Source: Pedosphaera sp. (GTDB lineage: Bacteria > Verrucomicrobiota > Verrucomicrobiia > Limisphaerales > UBA1100). From it: a DNA stretch of 64,000 bases. Shown piece by piece: positions 55,735-64,000 of the stretch. The first letter of the stretch is position 1. Each line of letters begins with the position of its first letter. The DNA is taken from the NCBI GenBank assembly GCA_009695465.1, contig SIAW01000001.1:7092-71091 (forward strand). The letters are read 5' to 3'. The notes under the pieces were generated by a model, which was not told the origin of the DNA, made no database searches, and saw only the letters and a program-made list of their open reading frames with translations. The translations under genes were made by a program, and so were the position numbers.

Positions 55735-56434
55735 GATTCACAATCTCACCGTCCGCTACGGCGCCATCACGGCGCTGCACGGTGTTTCGTTGCGCGTGAA
55801 CGCCGGCGAGATCGTCACGCTCATCGGCGCCAATGGCGCGGGCAAGACCACGACGCTCAAGACCCTCTCCGCGCTGCATCCCGCTGCAGAAGGGAAGATT
55901 GTTTTCGAGGGTCACGACATCACACGCCTGCCGCCGCACGAGATTGTCCGGCTGGGCCTCTCGCAGGTTCCCGAGGGCCGGATGATTTTTGCCAATCTCA
56001 CCGTGCATGAAAATCTGCAGATGGGCGCCTATCTCCAGCGCGATGCGGCGGTCATCGAGCAGCAACGCGAATTTGTCTTCGCCACATTTCCGCGATTGAA
56101 AGAGCGGTTGAAACAAGTGGCCGGCACGCTCTCGGGCGGTGAGCAGCAGATGCTGGCCATTGGCCGTGCGCTGATGGGGCGGCCGAAATTCCTGATGCTC
56201 GACGAACCGTCGTTGGGCATCGCGCCGCTGTTGGTGCGGACCATCTTTGAGAAGATCGTGGAGATCAATCGCGTCCACGGCATCACCATCTTGCTCGTGG
56301 AACAGAACGCCAATCTCGCGCTGGAAATTGCGCATCGCGGCTACGTGCTGGAGACCGGCCGCGTGATCTTGACCGATGATGCAAAAGCGCTGCGCGCCAA
56401 TCCGCAGGTGAAGACCGCCTATCTCGGCGGCTGA
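55727..56434 (+). CDS. livF: Branched-chain amino acid ABC transporter ATP-binding protein
   Basis: Walker A 'GANGAGKTT', signature 'LSGGEQQML', Walker B 'FLMLDEPS'. Confidence 0.93.
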   Translation: MLEIHNLTVRYGAITALHGVSLRVNAGEIVTLIGANGAGKTTTLKTLSALHPAAEGKIVFEGHDITRLPPHEIVRLGLSQVPEGRMIFANLTVHENLQMGAYLQRDAAVIEQQREFVFATFPRLKERLKQVAGTLSGGEQQMLAIGRALMGRPKFLMLDEPSLGIAPLLVRTIFEKIVEINRVHGITILLVEQNANLALEIAHRGYVLETGRVILTDDAKALRANPQVKTAYLGG

Positions 56435-56437
56435 CGT

Positions 56438-57964
56438 TCACGTCCAGATCTGGCGGTCGAGAGAGCGGTATTGAACAGCCTCCGCCACGTGCTCGGCGGT
56501 GAGGTTGGGCGCGTCGGCCAGATCAGCAATGGTGCGCGCGACTTTGAGGATGCGATCGTGTGCGCGCGCGCTGAGATTCAACTCCGTCATGGCCGCGCCC
56601 AATAATTCGTGCGCGATGTCATCGAGTTTGCACCAAGTCTTCAACTCGCGCGGGCCCATGTGCGCGTTGCACTGGACGGTGGGCGAGTCATGGAACCGCG
56701 CCAGTTGCCGTGTGCGCGCGGCGACGACACGCTGGCGGATGACCTCCGAGGTTTCGCCGGGCAACCCCTCGGAGAGGTCGCGGAATTTCACCGGCGCCAT
56801 TTCCAAGTGCAGATCAATGCGGTCCAGCAACGGGCCAGAAATGCGGCCGAGATAATTCTGGATTTCGCGCGGCGAACTGGAGGACTCGGCGGGCATCTTC
56901 CCGTCGGGCGTGGGGTTCATGGCGGCCACGAGCATGAAGCGCGCGGGGAACGTCATCGTGCCCGCCGCGCGCGAGATGGTGACGCGCCCGTCCTCCAACG
57001 GTTGGCGCAACGTCTCGAGCACGCTGCGCCGGAACTCCGGCAACTCGTCCAGAAAAAGCACGCCGTTGTGTGCCAGCGAGATTTCGCCGGGCGACGGCTG
57101 CGCGTTGCCGCCCAGCAAACCCGCATCGCTGGAGGTGTGATGGGGCGAGCGGAACGGGCGACGCGTGACCAGTGCCTCGCCGGGTTCCAAATGGCCGGCG
57201 ACGCTGTGGATTTTGGTGGTCTCCAACGCTTCGGCCAACGTCAAGGGCGGCAGGATGGCCGGCAGCCGTTTTGCCAACATGGATTTGCCCGTGCCCGGTG
57301 GGCCGATGAGCAAAAGATTGTGTCCCCCCGCCGCGGCGATCTCGATGGCGCGCTTGGCCGATTCCTGTCCCTTGACCTCAGCCATGTCGGGCGCGCCGCT
57401 GTGGTCGTGCTCGAAGAGGCTGTGCGTGTCCACGTGATGCGGCGCGATCTGGATTTTGCCGGACAGAAAATCCACCGCCTCCCGCAGATTGCTCACGGGA
57501 TAAACGCTGACATCGCGCACCACGGCGGCCTCGGCGGCGTTGCCGATGGGGACGATGAGGCCGCGCCGGTGGTTGGCCGCCGCCTGCAGCGCGACTGCCA
57601 GCACGCCGCGCACCGGACGCAGCGCGCCGTTGAGGGCCAGTTCGCCCACGAGCACAAAATCCTGCAGCGATGTTGACGCGAGCTGGTTGCTCGCCGAGAG
57701 CAAGCCGATGGCGATGGGCAGATCGAAACTCGGACCTTCCTTCTTGATGTCGGCGGGCGCGAGGTTGACGGTGGTGTGGCCCATCGAAGTTTGAAAACCG
57801 GAATTGGCCAGCGCCGCGCGCACGCGATCCTGCGATTCGCGCACCGCGGCGTCGGGCAGACCCACGATGACAAAGCGCAGGTCGCCGTTGCCGATGTGGA
57901 CCTCCACTTCCACCGGATGGGCTTCAATGCCATGCAAAGCCGCGGAATGGACTTTGGCGAGCAT
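56438..57964 (-). CDS. YifB/ComM-family Mg-chelatase-like AAA+ ATPase
   Basis: N-terminal Lon-protease-like domain ('VGLPDAAVRESQDRV'), Walker A 'GPPGTGKSM' and 'LFLDELPEF'. Confidence 0.92.
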   Translation of the reverse strand: MLAKVHSAALHGIEAHPVEVEVHIGNGDLRFVIVGLPDAAVRESQDRVRAALANSGFQTSMGHTTVNLAPADIKKEGPSFDLPIAIGLLSASNQLASTSLQDFVLVGELALNGALRPVRGVLAVALQAAANHRRGLIVPIGNAAEAAVVRDVSVYPVSNLREAVDFLSGKIQIAPHHVDTHSLFEHDHSGAPDMAEVKGQESAKRAIEIAAAGGHNLLLIGPPGTGKSMLAKRLPAILPPLTLAEALETTKIHSVAGHLEPGEALVTRRPFRSPHHTSSDAGLLGGNAQPSPGEISLAHNGVLFLDELPEFRRSVLETLRQPLEDGRVTISRAAGTMTFPARFMLVAAMNPTPDGKMPAESSSSPREIQNYLGRISGPLLDRIDLHLEMAPVKFRDLSEGLPGETSEVIRQRVVAARTRQLARFHDSPTVQCNAHMGPRELKTWCKLDDIAHELLGAAMTELNLSARAHDRILKVARTIADLADAPNLTAEHVAEAVQYRSLDRQIWT

Positions 57965-58038
57965 GCCCGCTTATCGCCTGCGCCGCGGAGACACGCAAAC
58001 TGAAATTAAAACGGGGAGGGGAACGCGCGCGAGGCAAT

Positions 58039-58128
58039 TGGCGGAGAGGGAGGGATTCGAACCCCCGGTAGGTTTTAGCCTACCCACGCTTTCCAAGCGC
58101 GTGCCTTAAACCACTCAGCCACCTCTCC
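58039..58128 (-). tRNA. tRNA-Ser (anticodon GGA), genomically encoded CCA
   Basis: Hand-folded. Acceptor GGAGAGG/CCTCTCC, anticodon stem CGCGC/GCGTG with loop TTGGAAA, long variable arm, T-arm GGGGG-TTCGAAT-CCCTC, discriminator G + CCA. Confidence 0.9.
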
Positions 58129-58240
58129 GTTGCGGAAAGTCTGGCGCAGCACCGCGATGGGGGCAACGATTTTCGCGCGACAGTTGGGCCTTGAAACTGG
58201 TGCAGGGCTGAGGTTGATTGCTTCAGACACGCGTGCGCTG

Positions 58241-59005
58241 ATGAATGACAATCTGGAAATGAAGGGAGCTTGTGGCCACTGCGGTGGGCACATTGTTTTC
58301 CCGGCGGAGATGCAAGGCCAGATGGCCGGCTGCCCGCATTGTGAGCGCGCAACGATGCTCAAACCGATGCGGGCGCGCCCAGCACAGCCGGTGTCAAAAA
58401 AAGCGGCGGCCGCTTCGGTGTCGTGCCCGCAATGCCGCAAGCCGATGGGCGTTGAGGATGTGATTTGTGTCGCGTGCGGCTTCCGCATGCCTAGTCCGAT
58501 TCCGTGGCTGCGTGTGGCGGTCGTGGCGGTGATGGTGTTGGAGTTGGGCTACCTTGCGCTGCGCTGGACTGGATTGGATTCGACCACGCGCGCGGCCTTG
58601 GCGGGGAAGTTGGGCATCCGCACGGCGGCGGTTGTCAGCACGGGCGGGCCGACGGTGGTTGTTCCAAAAGATTCCAACCAGACCGTCAATGCCGCTCCGC
58701 CGCAGCCAGTGGAGCCAGCCGGACCGGATCAAGGCACGCTGACGCTCGCCGGCACTCCTGCGTTGAAAGAGGACGGCGACTTTCACTACATACAAGGCAC
58801 GGTAAAAAACAACTCCAAGCGCGATGTCTTCTATGAGGTGAAAGTGAAATTCCGCCTGATGGACAAGAACGGCGCGGCGCTGGGCGAGGTGCAGGATTAT
58901 GCGCCGTTCATCGAGCCGGGCAAATCGTGGGATTTCCGCGTGCTGGTGGTGGACATCGACGCGACGAAGTACGAATTCATCGAGCCCATCGGCGGGCGTC
59001 GGTGA
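58241..59005 (+). CDS. Zinc-ribbon + TM + FxLYD-like domain protein
   Basis: 'CGHCGG...CPHCE' and 'CPQC...CVAC' pairs, one TM helix, and a C-terminal 'GDFHYIQGTVKNNSKRDVFYEVKVKFRLMDKNG..GKSWDFRV' resembling FxLYD domains. ATG at 58241 avoids overlap with tRNA-Ser. Confidence 0.65.
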   Translation: MNDNLEMKGACGHCGGHIVFPAEMQGQMAGCPHCERATMLKPMRARPAQPVSKKAAAASVSCPQCRKPMGVEDVICVACGFRMPSPIPWLRVAVVAVMVLELGYLALRWTGLDSTTRAALAGKLGIRTAAVVSTGGPTVVVPKDSNQTVNAAPPQPVEPAGPDQGTLTLAGTPALKEDGDFHYIQGTVKNNSKRDVFYEVKVKFRLMDKNGAALGEVQDYAPFIEPGKSWDFRVLVVDIDATKYEFIEPIGGRR

Positions 59006-59010
59006 AAGGC

Positions 59011-59086
59011 TGGTGGAGCCATGGGGATTCGAACCCCAGACCTTCTCATTGCGAACGAGACGCTCTACCAACTGAGCTATGACCCC
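59011..59086 (-). tRNA. tRNA-Ala (anticodon CGC), genomically encoded CCA
   Basis: Hand-folded. Acceptor GGGGTCA/TGGCTCC with the G3:U70 Ala identity pair, anticodon loop TTCGCAA, T-arm TGGGG-TTCGAAT-CCCCA. Confidence 0.9.
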
Positions 59087-59139
59087 AACGCGAGGCCCTG
59101 TCTTACGGCCAGCCTGTGACCGTGGCAAGGGCAAACAAA

Positions 59140-59226
59140 TGGTGCGCCTAAGAGGACTCGAACCTCTACCTCTTTCGAGACTACCACCTCAAGGTAGCGC
59201 GTCTACCAATTCCGCCATAGGCGCAC
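59140..59226 (-). tRNA. tRNA-Leu (anticodon GAG), genomically encoded CCA
   Basis: Hand-folded. Acceptor GTGCGCC/GGCGCAC, anticodon stem CTACC/GGTAG with loop TTGAGGT, long variable arm, T-arm AGAGG-TTCGAGT-CCTCT. Confidence 0.9.
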
Positions 59227-59296
59227 GAAAAGGCGCGGGGACGATAACAAAACGCCGCTCCACCGCAAGCTCCGGCTTGCGCGAACGCGAATGAGG

Positions 59297-62200
59297 CTAC
59301 TTGGCCGGGCGTTTGAAGCGGTAAAGTTTGCCCTCGCGATTGTGATAGATCAGCTCGAAACGCTGGTCGTCGTGCAGTCCCATCAAGAGCATCTGCGCGA
59401 TGTTGGAGTGGAAGATGTCGCGGTGCATCAGATACGCCACGCCCAGATCGTGGGCGATGACCAGATTCAAATCCGACGCGGCACTGCCGGGTGTTAAACC
59501 AGTCTGCCGTTGGCGCACCAACTCGCCTTCCACCGTGGCTCCCGAGGGCAGCTTGGCGGGTGTCGGCCCCTGCGACACGATGAAGAGCTGGTTGAGCCAA
59601 CTGCTCGGCCGATAGATTGTTTGGATTGCACGCCACGGGATTTCCACCGGCACGGCGGCGCGCGTGAATTCGTTGGGCTTGTTGGGTACCGGCGTGGCTT
59701 TTTCGCCCACGAGAACAAGGTGATCCAGCGTCACCTCCTGCACCGCGCCGATGACCACGCGCCCGTCGTGCAGCAGCGCGCCGTGGCGTTTGTCGGTGCC
59801 ATCAAACCAATGTGTCATCGCTTGCCGCGCGAAGTCCTCCAGCACCGCCGGCTCGCGCCGATCCAGTGGCGCTTGAATGACCTGCGGCGTGATGTTCACG
59901 GCAGGATGAATCATCCGCATCGCGGCGGCGACTTGTTGTCCCAACGCCTCGTTGTTGACGTTCCGGCCTGGCCCGGCCAATCCCTGCGCCACGCTTCGGA
60001 TTATCGCGATGCCTTCGGCGGCGCGGGCAGGTTCCAGCCCGGGCATGCCTCCCTGCCCTCGCGTGGTTTCATAGAGGCGCAGGTCGGCGCGATCGACCAG
60101 AAAACGGTCGCCCATGAAAATCGCCTCGGTCTGCGCGGGCAACGCCAGCGTCAGGCGAATGGGCGTCGGATAAAATGTGGGGATGGAATACTCCGCGTCG
60201 CGCGGGATAAACTGCTCGGCATCGGCGCGCAGTGCCCGCGCCAGTTCGATGGGCAGGAATTGGTAGATCTGTTCGCGCAACGCCTCGGCCATCTTTTGGA
60301 TCTTCGCCGGATCTTGCGCCGCAAATTCATCGCCCGCCTTGCCCGACGTTGGCCGCGTGAACGCCGACGGCGACGCAATGGCCGCGCGGCACGCCCAGCG
60401 ATAAGCGTTCTCGATGTCCTGTCCCTGCCCGCGCTGCTTTTGGCTCTCGTGAATCTTGGCCAGTTGCTCGCGTCCTGCGGCCCCTTTCTTGAGGGCCTCA
60501 TTGACGGCGGCAACCAGCGGCGGCGGCAACGACTTCACGTATTCATCGCGCAACAATCCCGCCAGCCGGAACTGCGCCTCGGCATGGCCCTTCTCCGCTG
60601 CCACACCAAACCAGTCGATGGCGATGCGCGGATCGGGTTTGCTGTCGGGCACACTCGCGCCAGTTTGGTGATTCAAGCCCATCTGGAATTCGCGCTCCAC
60701 CGGCCAGAGATCGCGCTCACTGAACTGGCGCATCACCTGCAGGATGGGCAGCAGTTTTTTGGGCAGATAAAAATAGATGTCGCGCGTGGGCGCGGGCGGT
60801 TGGTACTGCGCGCTGCCCAGCTCGCGCGCAATGCCGCGCGGGCCGATTTGGCCAACGGTCGGCAAGCCCGTCCAGTCATCGCGTCCGTCGCGATTGAAAT
60901 CATCCTTCTCACCCAACTCGCTCTTCATCACATGATGCACCGCCAGCGGGCCTTTCTGTGAGTACGCCTCCACTGCGAGTCGGCCGAGATTTGACACCTC
61001 CACCTTGTTGGTGGCGCTGAAAAGGCGCGCAAGAATGTAGATGTCCTCGGTCTGATTGCCGGGGTGACAGATCACGTTGCAGCCGGCGTGATACCACGTG
61101 GCGCCGCCGTAATCCCACCACGTCAACACGTAGTCGCCGGGCTTGGCATGGGCGCGCAGGGCGTCGAGGATTTCCACCGACGGCGTTTCCAGCACCGGCG
61201 GGATGCCACGGCTTTGGTCGCGCGCATGCAGCAGGTTGGGTGTCAAAAACAACACCGTCCCCGCCGTGCCCAGCGCGAAGGCGATGCGTGTCTGCCGCGT
61301 GCCCTGTTGCAATAATCCGGGCAACACACCCGCTGTCAACGCGGCCACGGCCGCCATGAGCGCCAGTGCCAGTGGCGCGTGCTTGGGCGGAACGGCCGCG
61401 TCTTCGCCGGCGAACAGGGTGGCTGTCGTGGCGTCGAGGTATTGGCCCAATACATACACGCCCACGGCCAACCCGATTAGCGCCGTCACGGCGGCGGTGA
61501 TGGCGCGCGGCCAGCCCGAGGTGGCCTCTGCGCCAGATGGCGCACGAGCGACCCATGCCACGGCGAGACCCGTCACGAGGCCGATGGCCCACGGGCCGAA
61601 GGTCAACGGCTCCGGCAACGGTCTGAAGTTGAGTGGATCATACGGCAACGGCTCGTGCAGGGCGCGTGCCAGACAAGCCCACGCGACGCCCATCACCACG
61701 GCGACGCCCAGTCCCACCAGTGCGGGCAGAGCCGGGCGCACGTGCGAAAAGAAATCGGGCTGCGAAACTGGGATGGCTGCCGGTGATGGTTGCGGACGAG
61801 CGTTTCCTCGCATGGCGAAATACACCGCGCCTCCGGCGATGAGAACCAGCAACAGGACGCTGCCGACTTTTATCGACTGCAGAACGATAGGTAGTTCATC
61901 CCAGCCCACTCCGGTGAGGTGGTCGGGGGCCAGTCCGCGCAGCACCAACAGCGACCAGACACCCAAAGCGATGGCGCCCGAACCCAGTAAAACGCGCAGG
62001 GCCAAAAGCACCGGCGGGGTGGCTTTGCCGCGAGTGACAACGGCGGTGATGGCCGCCGTGGCCGCAGCGAGCAGGGCCGCGCCGGACAGAGGCTGCTGGA
62101 ACAGCGCCGTGAAGCGGTCGCCCCAAATCCCGCCGTGCCGTGTCTCGAATTCCGAGCGCAGCAAACAACCCAGCAGCACCATCGCTAGTCCGGTGAAAGC

Positions 62201-64000
62201 GGCGATGAACGTGGGCCATTGCGCGTCGTCTTCATCGGCGGATCGCGCGAGGGTCCATCCCGCCAGCGCCGCCAGCGGCAGGAACGCCCACGGCAGAGGC
62301 GCGCCCGTGATGTTCACCAGCCAACTCCACGTCATGCCGCCCACCGCGGCCACCAACACGGCACGCACGCAGGTGCGCGCGACGGCGTGTGCGCTTTGCC
62401 AAACAAAAAGGTAAGTGAAGGACAGCCCCGCAATTGCAGCGGCGTGGATGGTGAATCGCAGCCCGCCCCACAGTGTGAACACACCGATGCCGACCAAGGG
62501 TGCCGCGATTAAAAATTCCGGATGGCGCCCCGACAGGAGCGCGTAGCCAAACAGCGCCATGATACAGCCCACCACCGTGCCGCCGATGCGCGAGCCAACA
62601 TCGCGTCCGGGAATTTCGCGCGCCTCCTGAATGGTGCTGATGACGTTCTTGAACTGTAAATCCTGTCCAGCGGCCACGACGGAGGTGCGCTCGGAGGACG
62701 GCAGGTATTGTTTGATTTTGAACGCGACCAACGAGAAGGGCGATGAGAAGAGGACCATGCCCAAAAGCGCGATCGCGCAGGCCCAGCGCAGGGAAACCAG
62801 TGGCGATGCCGGTGTGGCCTGCGGCGCGGTGGCAGCGAACAGGCGCGGGATGTATTGCACCAACACGGCGGATCCGGCCACGGCTAGAATCTTCAACAAA
62901 CATATCAGCGCTGGAATCGTGCGCGAGCCTGTCGCGTCCATGACAGGAAACATGGCGTCAACAAACAGGATGCCCAAGGCCACCGGCACGATGGATTGCC
63001 ACGCGGATGGTTGGCGGAAGCGGAACACGACTTGGTGCGCAATGAAGGCCAACCCCAGCGCGGCGGCGATGGACATGCCGGAACGATAACAGAATGGATA
63101 CATCATGATGACCCACGCGCCAGCGACGGCAGACCACAGGCAGTCGCGGCGGACGGCGCGCAGCAGGCAGTACACGATAGCCATCGGGATGGGGACGGAG
63201 AGCATGTCCGTGTCGAAATAGCCGGCCATGCTGCGGTTGTAATAGCTGTTGGCCGTCACCGCCATGAGGGCCGCGAGGAATCCCCAATACGTGAGGCCGT
63301 ACAGGCGGCCGATGAAAATCAGCGGCACCACCAAGAGGCTGCCGATGAATGCGGGCGAATAGGCCATGATTTCCTCGACCGAAATCAGGGAACCTTTGCT
63401 GGCCTTGACGGCGGTTTTTTCTGCGAGCACCAGCGCGTCGGTGACAGCGGCGTTGTTCGTTGGAATTTGCTGTGCGACTTGGCGCGCGGTCTCTGCGGCT
63501 TGTTCTGCGGTTTTGCGCAACATCTTGGGAACCAGAAACGGGCCCGCCAACGATTGTCGCGCTGCGTGGATGGCTAGGGCGGCTGCGGTTGTGGCAGTGG
63601 CGTTGTCGGCAGGCGCGGATTCTAACGCCTGGCCCGCAGCCAAAAGATGGGCGCGCGCCAAGCGCAGGTCGCGATGAACCGGGGCATTGTAAATGTCCAG
63701 CAGCTTGCTGGGGAGCAGCGTGACAGGCCCGTACTTGTAGGCGTCAGGGATTTCCGCATTGTGCTGGTGCAGCCCCAAGTGCGCCTTTTGCACGATGGCC
63801 CCGAAGAAATAGCTGTCGTGCGTGTTGGGCAATAGCTCGCCCTGCCAGTGATAGTCGGCGCGTTTCTCGGGCAGGTTGGCCTCCTCAATCCAGTACAGTC
63901 GGATGAAGGATCCCAAGCTCCACGCGATGAGGATGAGCGCCCACACGCCCCAGATGGACGGTTCGGAATGGCCAGCGGCGGGTTCGGCTGGTGGTGATGT
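59297..64000 (-). CDS. PglB/STT3-family oligosaccharyltransferase, giant variant (>=1549 aa). The N-terminus may extend past the window edge.
   Basis: WWDYG verified at nt 61106-61120. 'NTHDSYFFG', 'ANSYYNRSMAGYFDTDML', 'STIQEAREI' (TIxE) and 'GGLRFTI' (62447-62467) are present. The C-terminal 'IAQMLLMGLHDDQRFELIYHNREGKLYRFK' resembles the PglB C-terminus. The track start at 63946 is a GTG, and the frame stays open to base 64000. Confidence 0.88.
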   Translation of the reverse strand, partial: TSPPAEPAAGHSEPSIWGVWALILIAWSLGSFIRLYWIEEANLPEKRADYHWQGELLPNTHDSYFFGAIVQKAHLGLHQHNAEIPDAYKYGPVTLLPSKLLDIYNAPVHRDLRLARAHLLAAGQALESAPADNATATTAAALAIHAARQSLAGPFLVPKMLRKTAEQAAETARQVAQQIPTNNAAVTDALVLAEKTAVKASKGSLISVEEIMAYSPAFIGSLLVVPLIFIGRLYGLTYWGFLAALMAVTANSYYNRSMAGYFDTDMLSVPIPMAIVYCLLRAVRRDCLWSAVAGAWVIMMYPFCYRSGMSIAAALGLAFIAHQVVFRFRQPSAWQSIVPVALGILFVDAMFPVMDATGSRTIPALICLLKILAVAGSAVLVQYIPRLFAATAPQATPASPLVSLRWACAIALLGMVLFSSPFSLVAFKIKQYLPSSERTSVVAAGQDLQFKNVISTIQEAREIPGRDVGSRIGGTVVGCIMALFGYALLSGRHPEFLIAAPLVGIGVFTLWGGLRFTIHAAAIAGLSFTYLFVWQSAHAVARTCVRAVLVAAVGGMTWSWLVNITGAPLPWAFLPLAALAGWTLARSADEDDAQWPTFIAAFTGLAMVLLGCLLRSEFETRHGGIWGDRFTALFQQPLSGAALLAAATAAITAVVTRGKATPPVLLALRVLLGSGAIALGVWSLLVLRGLAPDHLTGVGWDELPIVLQSIKVGSVLLLVLIAGGAVYFAMRGNARPQPSPAAIPVSQPDFFSHVRPALPALVGLGVAVVMGVAWACLARALHEPLPYDPLNFRPLPEPLTFGPWAIGLVTGLAVAWVARAPSGAEATSGWPRAITAAVTALIGLAVGVYVLGQYLDATTATLFAGEDAAVPPKHAPLALALMAAVAALTAGVLPGLLQQGTRQTRIAFALGTAGTVLFLTPNLLHARDQSRGIPPVLETPSVEILDALRAHAKPGDYVLTWWDYGGATWYHAGCNVICHPGNQTEDIYILARLFSATNKVEVSNLGRLAVEAYSQKGPLAVHHVMKSELGEKDDFNRDGRDDWTGLPTVGQIGPRGIARELGSAQYQPPAPTRDIYFYLPKKLLPILQVMRQFSERDLWPVEREFQMGLNHQTGASVPDSKPDPRIAIDWFGVAAEKGHAEAQFRLAGLLRDEYVKSLPPPLVAAVNEALKKGAAGREQLAKIHESQKQRGQGQDIENAYRWACRAAIASPSAFTRPTSGKAGDEFAAQDPAKIQKMAEALREQIYQFLPIELARALRADAEQFIPRDAEYSIPTFYPTPIRLTLALPAQTEAIFMGDRFLVDRADLRLYETTRGQGGMPGLEPARAAEGIAIIRSVAQGLAGPGRNVNNEALGQQVAAAMRMIHPAVNITPQVIQAPLDRREPAVLEDFARQAMTHWFDGTDKRHGALLHDGRVVIGAVQEVTLDHLVLVGEKATPVPNKPNEFTRAAVPVEIPWRAIQTIYRPSSWLNQLFIVSQGPTPAKLPSGATVEGELVRQRQTGLTPGSAASDLNLVIAHDLGVAYLMHRDIFHSNIAQMLLMGLHDDQRFELIYHNREGKLYRFKRPAK

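Noticed and set aside
58039-59296. Integrated mobile element at the tRNA cluster
   Set aside because: No integrase, recombinase or phage gene is present. I could see no duplicated tRNA 3' segment and no obvious compositional break.
59510-62414. Plus-strand ORFs 59510..60961 (483 aa) and 61143..62414 (423 aa) inside the PglB homologue
   Set aside because: They are antisense to a reading frame carrying every PglB motif, and their products are Arg/Ala/Ser-rich low complexity.
1-64000. CRISPR arrays, rRNA operons, IS elements/transposases, toxin-antitoxin or known defence systems
   Set aside because: Reading both strands, I found no regularly spaced direct repeats, no 16S/23S-like sequence and no transposase, integrase, Cas or restriction-enzyme signatures. 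Absence is judged by eye only, and a formal scan could still find small elements.

Overview
GC-rich bacterial chromosome segment (well above 60% G+C by eye, with G/C-dominated third codon positions). It is gene-dense: about 47 protein genes, 3 tRNA genes and one clear intrinsic terminator. I saw no rRNA, CRISPR array, transposase or integrase. Three gene types point to the PVC superphylum, most likely Verrucomicrobiota or a relative: a PSCyt/DUF1549/DUF1553 + DUF1501 pair, a Tat-signal Gfo/Idh/MocA oxidoreductase, and a DUF4159 protein. That placement is inference, not a computed classification. Housekeeping genes (murA, prmC, mutS, uvrD-like, ald, livKHMGF, nagA, comM-like) are interspersed with three blocks that I cannot map onto any described system. 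(1) 1-12934: seven translationally coupled genes. A >2260-aa TPR/beta-sandwich/discoidin protein, truncated at the window edge, is followed by ExbB-ExbD-ExbD, a GYF membrane protein, a TM2+DUF4159 protein and a TPR protein. No TonB, TolA, TolB or Pal is present. (2) 33261-39592, minus strand: seven genes encoding a GcvH-like protein, a G3E GTPase, a small Cys-containing protein, a 2x[4Fe-4S] ferredoxin-domain protein, an orphan protein, a DUF116::polyprenyl-diphosphate-synthase fusion and a protein-prenyltransferase-beta/terpene-cyclase-like alpha/alpha-barrel protein. A cysteine desulfurase lies divergently upstream. I consider this the best candidate for an undescribed system. (3) 59297-64000, minus strand: a >=1549-aa PglB/STT3-type oligosaccharyltransferase that keeps every catalytic motif I can recall but carries three large insertions. 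Many long ORFs in the supplied track are antisense shadows typical of high-GC DNA and were rejected.
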